From Anaerolineae bacterium (GTDB lineage: Bacteria > Chloroflexota > Anaerolineae > Anaerolineales > UBA6663), in contig JBBIQY010000003.1 in NCBI GenBank assembly GCA_037442085.1, positions 27,001 through 91,000 on the forward strand: DNA of 64,000 bases, given 5' to 3'. Positions 37,095 through 45,621 of this stretch are shown piece after piece. The notes below the pieces were generated by a model that was given only the letters and a program-made list of their open reading frames with translations, made no database searches and had not been told where the DNA came from. Position 1 is the first letter of the stretch. Each line of letters starts with the position of its first letter. The position numbers and the translations under genes are program-made.

Positions 37095-38406
37095 CGGCTT
37101 TGGCTTCGGCGGGGCGGCTGACCAGCTTGTAGCCGCGGCCGCGTTGAGTGAGCAGATACCGCGGGCGCAGCGGGTCCGGCTCGATCTTGGCGCGCAGGCG
37201 GCTGACCAGCTTCTCGATGCGGGCGTCGTCCACCCGATCCAGGTATTGTCCGCCCCATACTGCTTCGACGATCTGCTCTTTGGTCGTGAGCCGGTCCTGA
37301 CGCTGGTAGAGCAATTGCATCAGCCGGTATTCCAGGTCGGTGAGGACGGTGACCTTGACGCCCTCGATCCAGACTTCTCCGGCCTCTTCATCCACACGTA
37401 CGCCGAGCTGCGCCTGCTCGGGCAGCGCGGTCTGGTGGCGGACGAAGGCGGCGAACAATTCGGAGAAGAGACGGCCGTCGTCGCCGAGCAGGCCGAAGGC
37501 GTTGAGGCGCGCGCGGTCGTGCGGGGTGAGGCCGTCGTCGGGATGAGTCACCAGCATCTTCAGCGCAGCCTGTTCGTCGGGGCGCAGCTGGTTCCAGAGC
37601 TTCAGGCACTCGGCGCGAACATTCGGGTCGTTGGCATAGTTCTCGGGCTGGTGTTGTGCGGCGTGCGTCAGCACGTGCAGCAGGCCGAAGTGCCCGCCGG
37701 CGGCGGCCAACACCTCACGCTGCGTCTCCGGCGACAGGCGTTCACCCCCCACGCTCCGCAGGACGCGGCGCGCGTCGGCTTCGGAGAGCAGGCGCAGCGG
37801 CAGCACGTTGACGGTGAACAACTCGGCGAATTCGTTTTCCGGGCGGAAAGCCGGGTCGGTCAGCGGACGTGTGGTGGCAGTGACGTAAGCCAGGCGGCTC
37901 TGGAACTTATCTTTAAGTGCGCGCAGGTTGAGCAGGGTGCGATCTTCGAGGGCGATGTAGACTTCGTCGAACTCGTCGAACACCAGCACGACGTTGCGCT
38001 CCAGCAGGGTGCAGGCATCGGAGATCGCGTTATTGAACGCCAGCGAGGCCTGAAAGGCCGAGGCGGCGGTAGTGATGCGAGTGTGATGCTCGCGCAGTTG
38101 ATTGACCAGCGCTGGCGCAACCTGCGGATCGTGCTCCAGCGCTTCGATGAGCGAGCGCACGACCACTTCAAAAAAACCGGCGGCGGTCAGCTCCACGACG
38201 CGATTACAATCCACATACACCAACACGCCGGGCTGGCCGGCCAGGCGAGCATACTCGGCCAGGTTCGCCGGCGACGGCAGTGTGCGCAGCAACGGGCTCT
38301 TGCCGGTGTTGCTCAAGCCATAGACAGCGGCGCACTCGGAGCGCGCCAGGAAGCTGAGGAGTTGCGTGACGTAAGTCTGGCGGAGCGTTGGCAGAGAAAC
38401 CGACAT
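37078..38406 (-). CDS. P-loop ATPase fused to C-terminal OmpR/PhoB-type winged-helix DNA-binding domain
   Basis: Walker A GLSNTGKSPLL, Walker B VVLVFDEFDE. The C-terminal LTDLEYRLMQLLYQRQDRLTTKEQIVEAVWG...RIEKLVSRLRAKIE...LLTQRGRGYKLV is a trans_reg_C pattern. Confidence 0.7.
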   Translation of the reverse strand: MSVSLPTLRQTYVTQLLSFLARSECAAVYGLSNTGKSPLLRTLPSPANLAEYARLAGQPGVLVYVDCNRVVELTAAGFFEVVVRSLIEALEHDPQVAPALVNQLREHHTRITTAASAFQASLAFNNAISDACTLLERNVVLVFDEFDEVYIALEDRTLLNLRALKDKFQSRLAYVTATTRPLTDPAFRPENEFAELFTVNVLPLRLLSEADARRVLRSVGGERLSPETQREVLAAAGGHFGLLHVLTHAAQHQPENYANDPNVRAECLKLWNQLRPDEQAALKMLVTHPDDGLTPHDRARLNAFGLLGDDGRLFSELFAAFVRHQTALPEQAQLGVRVDEEAGEVWIEGVKVTVLTDLEYRLMQLLYQRQDRLTTKEQIVEAVWGGQYLDRVDDARIEKLVSRLRAKIEPDPLRPRYLLTQRGRGYKLVSRPAEAKADDDEA

Positions 38407-38502
38407 GGGGCTTTATCGGGAGAACACGCCGGCAGCAGGCTGAGCACACAACTCGGCGGAGTACGCTCAGAGCGCGAATGCGCCGGGCTGATTATCCAGA
38501 AA

Positions 38503-38547
38503 TCGAATGAAAAAGAAAAGGCCAGTGATGGACAGCCATCACTGGCC
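38503..38547 (-). terminator. Intrinsic terminator ending the eight-gene operon
   Basis: On the minus strand: GGCCAGTGATGG-ctgt-CCATCACTGGCC followed by TTTTCTTTTTCATT. Confidence 0.8.
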
Positions 38548-38612
38548 TGAGGCTCGACGTTCAGCCACGGGCGACGCACTCCGGAATCGCGTCGCCCAGC
38601 CCCTCGGGCCGA

Positions 38613-39287
38613 TCAGCGGAGGCTTGCGCGCAGGTAACGCAGGATGAGCACGACGCCGATCAAACCGGCGGCGAGCGCCACCATCCCCGGCACGCCGAAA
38701 TCATCCAGGAAGCCGGTGTTGGAGAGCGCGGACCGCGTGGCAGTCGCGGTCGCCGTGGCAGCGTCCGGCGTGCGCGTCAGCGCGCCGACGAGTGGTGTGG
38801 GCGTGGGCGTGCCCGGACCTACGCCGCCAATGCGCGTGGGCGTGGCCGTGCCGACGCCGCCGCCACCGCCCGCCTCAGGAGTGCCAGGCGTGGGGGCGAG
38901 GGTGGGCGTGTCGGTGGGCAACGGCGTGGCAGTGGGCGTGTCGGTCGGCAGCGGTGTGGGCGTGTCCGACGGCATGGCCGCAGCGGTCGCCTCCGCGTTG
39001 GCGGTCGCCTGCTGGGCGACGGCGGCGCGCGTCTGCTCGGCCAGGATCATATCGTTGGTCGCGATCACAGCGGCGTTCGTCGCCTCGCGTGCGGCGACCT
39101 CGGTAGCGCGAGCGTTGCGCTGGCCCGGCAGCACCAGGAAAGCGAAGGCCAGTATCGCGATGAGGATCAGCACGCCCAGGCCTCCCAGAGCCGCCAAAAT
39201 GATGAGAAAGGTGCGATTCGAACCGGTCTCTTCGGGCGGGGCCGCCTCGTCCTCGAAGTTCTCCGGTCTTGGGTCGTCCGTAGCCAT
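38613..39287 (-). CDS. Thr/Pro-rich bitopic membrane protein with LPXTG-like C-terminal signal (LSNTG)
   Basis: SD AAGGAGA. N-terminal TM FLIILAALGGLGVLILIAILAFAFLVL. PTPLPTDTPTATPLPTDTPTLAPTPGTPE linker. The C-terminus is LSNTG, a ~24-residue hydrophobic stretch, then RYLRASLR. Confidence 0.65.
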   Translation of the reverse strand: MATDDPRPENFEDEAAPPEETGSNRTFLIILAALGGLGVLILIAILAFAFLVLPGQRNARATEVAAREATNAAVIATNDMILAEQTRAAVAQQATANAEATAAAMPSDTPTPLPTDTPTATPLPTDTPTLAPTPGTPEAGGGGGVGTATPTRIGGVGPGTPTPTPLVGALTRTPDAATATATATRSALSNTGFLDDFGVPGMVALAAGLIGVVLILRYLRASLR

Positions 39288-39350
39288 AATCGTCTCCTTA
39301 AGCCGTCTGTTGTCGCTGGCAATCCAAGGGACGCGACACGGCCCTGTAGA

Positions 39351-40433
39351 TTACTCCAAGAGCTCCAAATTTGCGAACGGCACGGTGACGGTGGTGCGCC
39401 CCGTTTTCGTGTCGTCGAGCGCTACGGCGGCCACCGGCGCGCGCACACCGTTGGGCAGAGTCACCGCGCGCTCGCTCAGGCTGACGATGTTCCCGATCCG
39501 GCCGCGGTCCGGGCCGCGCAGGATGCGCACGCGTTTGCCTTCGGCCAGCGTGTTGCCTTCCGGCGGCAGGGCCGGCGGCACCGAGGGCGAGGGCAATAGT
39601 ATGAGGGCTTCGGGCCGCGCGCCGGTGAAGCGATTGGTGAGTTGGGCGTTGAGCCAGACTTCGCGGCCGGAATTGCCGGCCAGCAGGTTGTAGGCGGGCT
39701 CGGAAAAACCCTGCGTGTGAAACCCCTCGGCGATCATGACAGGGAAGGGTAAAGCCCGGAGCAGGGGCAGTTGCTCGGCGGGCGCGCTGCCCAGGATCAG
39801 GCCACGCACACCGATCTCCTGTAACGACTTGAACAAGCTGGTCTCGTCCACCCAGCCGGCGGCGACGATCGCGCCGCTCAGCGAGAGGTCGAGTCCGGCA
39901 GCCGGCAGGACCGCGCCGGGCGTCGTCCCCAGTAACCGCAACACCGAGAAGCTCTCCTGGCCGTTGCCCCAGATTCCTTCGAGCAAGGCGCCGGTCGTCT
40001 CGATGACGGCTCCACGGCCCGGCACGGTGTTAACAACCTCGCCCGACAAACCGGCGCGCAGCTCCAGCGGTGAGAGGGCGGCGAACAGCGCCTTGCCTTC
40101 CGAGAGCAGCGCCAGGCGCCCGTCTACGGGTGAGACCACCGGTTGATCCACCAGCCCCAACAGGGTTTTGCGTCGCGCCACCGGCTCGCCCTTTTTCACG
40201 ACATCGCCCTCCTGTTTGAGCAGATAGGGGCCGAGGCGGTCGCCGGGCACGCCGAGCAAACGCGAGAGGTCAACCAAACGGTAGTATTCGAGTTTCTCTG
40301 CCTGGGCGATCACGTCACTGGAGTCCACCCGCTGGCCGGGGCGGATGACTACGTCGCCGCGCATCGGCAGCAAGCGCTCACGGCGCAGCGTGGCAAGTAG
40401 GGTGATGTGACTGGTGGGGGGGATGTATGGCAT
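39351..40433 (-). CDS. Hypothetical protein with lipoyl/hybrid-barrel-like N-domain and KOW-like C-terminal motif
   Basis: GDVVKKGEPVA...VVSPVDGRL resembles biotinyl-lipoyl/HlyD-type hybrid motifs. GKRVRILRGPDRGRIGNIVSL resembles a KOW motif. I recognise no family. Confidence 0.6.
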   Translation of the reverse strand: MPYIPPTSHITLLATLRRERLLPMRGDVVIRPGQRVDSSDVIAQAEKLEYYRLVDLSRLLGVPGDRLGPYLLKQEGDVVKKGEPVARRKTLLGLVDQPVVSPVDGRLALLSEGKALFAALSPLELRAGLSGEVVNTVPGRGAVIETTGALLEGIWGNGQESFSVLRLLGTTPGAVLPAAGLDLSLSGAIVAAGWVDETSLFKSLQEIGVRGLILGSAPAEQLPLLRALPFPVMIAEGFHTQGFSEPAYNLLAGNSGREVWLNAQLTNRFTGARPEALILLPSPSVPPALPPEGNTLAEGKRVRILRGPDRGRIGNIVSLSERAVTLPNGVRAPVAAVALDDTKTGRTTVTVPFANLELLE

Positions 40434-40526
40434 AAGCCTAGCCCAAGGTCACAAGAGTCGCAGGCGGAGAAGTAATGAGTCGTAAGACACCGATACCGAA
40501 CGACGATGCAAGAGCTGTGCCGCTGC

Positions 40527-42302
40527 TCAGGCGCCGGCCAGTTTCCACCACCAGCGTTGAACGGCCCCGAGGCGTTGCGCCTCGGCGGCGGGGAGGGTTA
40601 GCGGGCGGCCACGGCCATCGAGGATCAGGCCGACCGCGCCGCCGTCCACGTCAATTGGGCGGGCGCGCGCCCGGCCCGGGCCGGCGCCAACGTCCACGCC
40701 GGGGCGGGGCTTGAGGGTCAATTTGCCGGTCTGACCGGTTGGGAGCGGCAGCACCTCGATTGCACCTGCCCTGACCTCGACGGTGGAGGTCTTTTGATTG
40801 GCGTCCACGAGGGTGGCTGTGCCCAGCAGTGCGCCTTCGGCGGGCGGCGTCTGGCTGACCCACGACACGGCAACGCCCAGCCGCATGAGCGCATCGGACT
40901 CGAGCACCTGCACGGAGGCCAACGCATTCGCCGAGGCCAGAGCACCCAGCGCGGCCAGGGCATGATGACGATCCAGGAACAGGTCCGTCACACCGATGGG
41001 CTGTACGGCGTCGAGCAGAACCAGCGCCGCCGCGCCGGGGCTGGGTGTGCGGCCCAACGTCGCGCCGCCGCCGATCAGCACATCTACATAGGGGAGGAGG
41101 TCGGGCCGCAGGTTGGGCGCGGTTGTCGGCCATGTGGAGCGCGCGCGTTTGAGCGCGCCGGCCAGCGCCAGCCGCGCCAGCGCCAGTTCGCGCTGCAGGT
41201 CTTCGACCTCGACCGGTATGGTGAACGGATATGCTGCGCGCCACAAGCCAAACTCACGCACTTCCGGTTCGGTCAGCGGGTGCGGCGTCCAACGCGCAAA
41301 ATCGGTCCAGGGCTGGCCGGCGAGGGTGGTTTGTGCACTCAGACCTACGCCCAGGTCGGTCGCCACGGTCAGGAACAGCTCCCCGCCGAAGGCCGCGGCC
41401 ACCGAGGTGGAGGCCGAGCCAACATTGACGCTGAGCACGCCGCGCGGCGTGTTGAGCATCCGGCTGAGGAAGCGAACCATTTGGCCCTCGGCCTGTGCGG
41501 TCGGGTACATGTGCCCGGCGGCGTAATGGTCGAGGTCGGCCAGCCCGCCGATGTGGCGGGCGCGCAAGGATTTGACCAACTGGCCGAGCGCGGCCCGGCT
41601 GGCCTCCAGGTTGTTGTGGTTCAACTCGGGCTGTACGTTGGGGCCAGCATAGAATCCGGCCAGCCCACTGAGCATCTCGCCGAGGCGCGCCTGCAGCGCC
41701 TGGTTGCCGGTGAAGAACACTGCCGGGCGCTGGTCGTCCGGCAGCAGGAAGGAGGCGACGCCGACGGTTTCGGCCAGCTTGAGCAGCGCAGATTGTGCGC
41801 CGCCATCCGTGCCGCCGGCCAGCACAATCACCTCGGGCCGCGCTTTGACGATGGCCTCGATCTGCTGTTCCTGCTTGCGCCGATCCACTAAGCTGAGGGT
41901 GTCGAGCACGACCAGGTAACAGGACTCGGCCAACCGGCGTGCGTAGCGCACGGAGGCCTCCGGCAACAGGCCGACCAGCACGGTTTTGAGCGGCGCGCCC
42001 GCGCTGAACGTGGCGACGAAGGTATCGCAGCCCTGACCCTCGCTATTGACAGGCATGATCAGCCGGGCGGTGCTGTCCAGCATCTGCCGGCCGGTGATGG
42101 TCTGCAATTGCCCAAGCGCGTGGCGCAGGCCCTCGGAGGCGTCGTGAAAGGGCGGCGCGCAGGTGGAGGGCGCCTCACCCACGGCCACCAGCCGGAACTG
42201 GCCCTCGACGACGTCGAAGAGGAGCACGCGAGTGTTGGCGGCGCCGAAATCGGCGGCCAGGATAGTTTCGGCGCGGTAAGGCTGAGCAGTGGCTGCAGAC
42301 AT
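40527..42302 (-). CDS. GlmL/MutL-type ASKHA (actin-fold) ATPase family protein
   Basis: Start at MSAATAQ (ATG 42302). Phosphate-1-like ILAADFGAANTRVLLFDV. EVIVLAGGTDGG is the hallmark GGTDGG block of glutamate mutase L / EutA-like proteins. 591 aa, longer than typical GlmL. Confidence 0.65.
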   Translation of the reverse strand: MSAATAQPYRAETILAADFGAANTRVLLFDVVEGQFRLVAVGEAPSTCAPPFHDASEGLRHALGQLQTITGRQMLDSTARLIMPVNSEGQGCDTFVATFSAGAPLKTVLVGLLPEASVRYARRLAESCYLVVLDTLSLVDRRKQEQQIEAIVKARPEVIVLAGGTDGGAQSALLKLAETVGVASFLLPDDQRPAVFFTGNQALQARLGEMLSGLAGFYAGPNVQPELNHNNLEASRAALGQLVKSLRARHIGGLADLDHYAAGHMYPTAQAEGQMVRFLSRMLNTPRGVLSVNVGSASTSVAAAFGGELFLTVATDLGVGLSAQTTLAGQPWTDFARWTPHPLTEPEVREFGLWRAAYPFTIPVEVEDLQRELALARLALAGALKRARSTWPTTAPNLRPDLLPYVDVLIGGGATLGRTPSPGAAALVLLDAVQPIGVTDLFLDRHHALAALGALASANALASVQVLESDALMRLGVAVSWVSQTPPAEGALLGTATLVDANQKTSTVEVRAGAIEVLPLPTGQTGKLTLKPRPGVDVGAGPGRARARPIDVDGGAVGLILDGRGRPLTLPAAEAQRLGAVQRWWWKLAGA

Positions 42303-42309
42303 GAACGGA

Positions 42310-42963
42310 TCAGGCGCCGGACAGGAACGGCGTGATGAACTCCCACAAAAAGTTGACGCGCTCGGCGAGATAGGCGACGCTGCCCGCGAGCGCGCCGGCA
42401 TAGATAACGCCGAAGGTGACGCCGATGAAGAACTGCCCGGCCAGCGCCACGGCGCGGATCAGGGCAGACTGTTGCGCCGGCGCATTGGCCCGCGCGCGGG
42501 CGCCGTAGTGAAAGGCCAGCAAGGTGCAGGCCGCGCCGATAAAGATCAGGGCGTTGCTGGCGAGTTGATCCAGCTCGCCGCCCAGCGCGAACCAGGTGGC
42601 CTGAGTCTGAGGGAGGAGCGTGCCGGTGATCGCGCCACCGACGGCGACCGCTGCACCCAAACCAACCAGGTAGGCCAGCGGCAGGCGGCCAAGGTTGAAG
42701 CCGCTGGAGAACATCCTGAGCGCCAGCAGTGCGGCCAGCATGAGACCAACGACCGTCACCCACAGCGACCCGCCGCCGGCGAGCAATTGCGGGACGAACA
42801 CATCTAGCGTCACGGTGACGACCACAAAGCCGGCGACCGCCCCGATAAACAAGTGCAGCGCAATCCGATAGAACGGGTTGTCGCCGATGAGGTAACTCAG
42901 CACCATCAGCGTCAGCACGAAGGCGGCTGCGCCGCCGATCACGTCAGCCGATAAGCCGGTCAT
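42310..42963 (-). CDS. Polytopic membrane protein, unknown family
   Basis: 217 aa, ~6 hydrophobic helices. ATGA overlap with the upstream gene. Confidence 0.65.
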   Translation of the reverse strand: MTGLSADVIGGAAAFVLTLMVLSYLIGDNPFYRIALHLFIGAVAGFVVVTVTLDVFVPQLLAGGGSLWVTVVGLMLAALLALRMFSSGFNLGRLPLAYLVGLGAAVAVGGAITGTLLPQTQATWFALGGELDQLASNALIFIGAACTLLAFHYGARARANAPAQQSALIRAVALAGQFFIGVTFGVIYAGALAGSVAYLAERVNFLWEFITPFLSGA

Positions 42964-45620
42964 CGGGCCTTACCCCGGCGCGTCTGCGCCAGCGCGCGCA
43001 GCAAGCCGTGAATGAGATTGCCAAAGAAGAGCAGGCCGGCCACGGTCAACAAGCCGACGCCGAGCATATCCCAGCGGCGGCTCCACGCCGGGCGCTCCCG
43101 CTCCACGGCGAACACGCTGCCGCCCAGCGTGTCGTACTGCATGGCCGCCGCCGGCCCGCCGAGGAAGCCGGCAATCCGCGCGTCGCCGCCCTCGGAATAG
43201 GGACGCACCAGCGGCGCGGCGCTGGCGCTGGTCACGAGCACGAGCTTCGGCGCGACGCCCCGTGTCTGCTCCACCCAGGCGCGTGCGCCGTCGGGGGTGT
43301 GGCTTAGGACGATGACGGCGCCGAAGTCGTTGAAGGATTGGACACCGCTGAGCAACGCGGTCTGCCAGAGGTCGCCGCTGGCAGGCGTGCCCATACGCGC
43401 CACAGAGCGCGGGTCCTGGATCAATTGCCGGATGCCGAGCGGCCCGCCCGGCAGAAAGCCGAGGTTGAGGTAGTGGACGCCGCGCACGTAATCGTTGATG
43501 CGGCCCCGCGCCGCGCCGGTCAGCCGCGTCAGTTCGTCTTCGGCGACGCCGGCCCCAGTGATTTGTGTGCTGACGCCGACGATCATCAGCCCGCGCCGGA
43601 TGAGGTGACCTACCACCACATCGGCCAGCGGCGTCATCTCGCCAGCCTGGCCGGGTTCGTAATCGAAGGCTACGAGCACAGGCCGAGCGGCATCGAGCGT
43701 ATTGATCGTCTCGAAGGCGCGGGCCACTTCGGCGGGCGCGGTGCGCGGCATCGGGAACAGGCCTTCGAACGGGCCAAAGCCGGGCAAGGTTAGCAGCAGG
43801 CTGAGGAGCAATAGGGCAGTGACCAGCCAGCGTTCCCATGGCCAGCTGCTGAGCGCGCGCCGCGCTTTGACGACCTGGGCCGGCGCTTCAGTGGCCACCA
43901 GTTTGGTGAGGAGGGCCGCCTGCCGTGACTGAGCGTCGGTGTAATTCAACAGGTGAATGTTTGTGGCACTCTTTCCGGGCAGCACGACGCTGGGTTCGGC
44001 GCGCAAGACGCCGCGCAACCCGCCCAGCACACCTACAGACTCCAGGTAATCGTCAGTCTCACGCTCCAGCCCGGTCGGTGCGACATCTACTGGACGCATG
44101 GCCTCCAGCCAACTGGGCAAGTCGGCCTGGGCCAATTCGGCGGGCGGCGCGGCCGGAGGGGCAACCTCGGCTTCCGGCTCGGCGACCGCTTCCGGCTCTT
44201 CACGAAGCGAGGCCAGCCAGTCCGGCTCGGTCTCCAAGACGGACGGCGCGGTTGTGCTGGCGGGTGGTGTCTCCGAGACGACCGGCTGCGGCGCTTCGGC
44301 GGTGGGCACGGTTGGAGCCAGTTCGCCCGTCATCTTCCGGAGCCAGTCCGGCAGTTCGCCCTTTTCCAACCCGGCGACTTCCGGCATCACCGGCGCAGGG
44401 GGAGGCGGCGCCTCCTGGGGTGTAACGCCGGTGTAACCCGGTGTAACGGCTAGCGGCGTGAGAGCAGCCGTCAGCGGGCCGGTGGCGGCCTTGAGCCAAT
44501 CCGGCAACCCCTCGGGTTCGGGCGGCGCGGGCGTGGGTGTTGTCGGCTGCGCCGGCTCGCCGGCTAACATGCCGGTAGCGGTCCGGAGCCAGTCCGGCAA
44601 TTCGCCGGCAGCCGGCTCGGCGCTTGGCGTGGGCGCGTCGAGTGACCCGGGCGCCTTGCGCAGCCAGTCGGGCACTTCTTCTTCAGGCGATCCGGGTTCG
44701 ACGGGCTGGCTGGGCGGCGGGGCCGGGGGCGTGAATGGCGCGGGCGCATCGAGCGACCCGGTCGCCTTGCGCAGCCAGTCGGGCACTTCTTCTTCGGGCG
44801 ATCCGGGTTCGATGGGCTGGCTGGGCGGCGGGGTTGGAGGCGTGAATTCGGTGATGAAGGGGCCGGTCGCGGTTCGCAGCCAATCCGGCAGGTCGGCGCC
44901 AACCGGCTCAGGCTCGGTTGAGGTCGTAAAAGGCTGAGGCGTTACAGGGGGCTGTGCGGGCGCAAGATCTGCGGGCGCGACGCTTTGCAGCCAGTCCGGC
45001 ATCTCGCCGGTGGCGGGTGCAGGCGGAGGCGCGGGTGGAACCGGCATGCCGCCCGTCGCGCCCAACGACTTGAGCCAGTCCGGCAAGGCATCGCCGACGT
45101 TTTCGGCAGTCGTAAATGCGCCGGTGTCCCTCACCGGAGCAGTGCCGGGTAGAGGCATCGTATCGAGCTGATCAGGGGGCACGCCGACGGGGCCGGTCGC
45201 GCCCAACGACTTGAGCCAGTCCGGCACAGGTTCCTTGGGTTCATCGGCAATGGGCGCAGTGGCGGGGCCAAGAGGCGAGGTTGCTTCGGAGGGCAGTTGC
45301 CCTGTGCTTGTCTTCAACCAATCGGGCACATCGTCAGACGAGGCCGCTCCCTGGCTGACGCCGCCCAGGGATTTGAGCCAGTCCGGCACATCGTCGGCTG
45401 GGGATGGCGCCTGTCCGGCCAGTTCGCCGGTGGCCGTCTTCAGCCAGTCTGGGACAGACTCGGACGCGGGTTCGCTTTGGAGCCGGTCGGGCGGCTCGGC
45501 CGCTTCACCGCCAGAGGCGGGCGGCATGGCGGTTGTCTTGAGCGGCCGCTCACAATACTGGCAGAGGTCGAGAAAATCAGGGTTGGGTTTGCCGCAGTGC
45601 GGACAGCGCAGGACGGCCAT
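42960..45620 (-). CDS. Zinc-ribbon protein with 13-14 PDWL repeats, then TM - ~300-aa domain - TM
   Basis: Start at MAVLRCPHCGKPNPDFLDLCQYCERPL (CxxC...CxxC). It has 13 copies of (V/L)PDWL(K/R) plus one PSWL, embedded in Pro/Ala/Thr-rich linkers. TM segments are WLVTALLLLSLLLTL and MLGVGLLTVAGLLFFGNLIHGLL. Confidence 0.75.
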   Translation of the reverse strand: MAVLRCPHCGKPNPDFLDLCQYCERPLKTTAMPPASGGEAAEPPDRLQSEPASESVPDWLKTATGELAGQAPSPADDVPDWLKSLGGVSQGAASSDDVPDWLKTSTGQLPSEATSPLGPATAPIADEPKEPVPDWLKSLGATGPVGVPPDQLDTMPLPGTAPVRDTGAFTTAENVGDALPDWLKSLGATGGMPVPPAPPPAPATGEMPDWLQSVAPADLAPAQPPVTPQPFTTSTEPEPVGADLPDWLRTATGPFITEFTPPTPPPSQPIEPGSPEEEVPDWLRKATGSLDAPAPFTPPAPPPSQPVEPGSPEEEVPDWLRKAPGSLDAPTPSAEPAAGELPDWLRTATGMLAGEPAQPTTPTPAPPEPEGLPDWLKAATGPLTAALTPLAVTPGYTGVTPQEAPPPPAPVMPEVAGLEKGELPDWLRKMTGELAPTVPTAEAPQPVVSETPPASTTAPSVLETEPDWLASLREEPEAVAEPEAEVAPPAAPPAELAQADLPSWLEAMRPVDVAPTGLERETDDYLESVGVLGGLRGVLRAEPSVVLPGKSATNIHLLNYTDAQSRQAALLTKLVATEAPAQVVKARRALSSWPWERWLVTALLLLSLLLTLPGFGPFEGLFPMPRTAPAEVARAFETINTLDAARPVLVAFDYEPGQAGEMTPLADVVVGHLIRRGLMIVGVSTQITGAGVAEDELTRLTGAARGRINDYVRGVHYLNLGFLPGGPLGIRQLIQDPRSVARMGTPASGDLWQTALLSGVQSFNDFGAVIVLSHTPDGARAWVEQTRGVAPKLVLVTSASAAPLVRPYSEGGDARIAGFLGGPAAAMQYDTLGGSVFAVERERPAWSRRWDMLGVGLLTVAGLLFFGNLIHGLLRALAQTRRGKAR
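44632..44853. repeat. Tandem 111-bp duplication inside the PDWL-repeat gene
   Basis: 44632-44742 versus 44743-44853 are ~93 percent identical. They encode PPPSQP(I/V)EPGSPEEEVPDWLRKA(T/P)GSLDAP... twice (37 aa each). Confidence 0.9.
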
Positions 45621-45621
45621 T

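Noticed and set aside
39213-39226. tRNA T-arm-like motif GCGATTCGAACCGG
   Set aside because: It lies inside a well-supported CDS. No acceptor or anticodon stems can be drawn around it. No other intergenic region showed a cloverleaf or a GGTTCGAATCC-type box.
25035-42302. A glutamate mutase (glmS-glmL-glmE) locus, suggested by a GlmL-like gene plus a B12-binding domain gene in the same window
   Set aside because: The two genes are 14 kb apart and in different operons. The B12 domain is next to MeaB (a methylmalonyl-CoA mutase context), and no GlmE-like gene is present.
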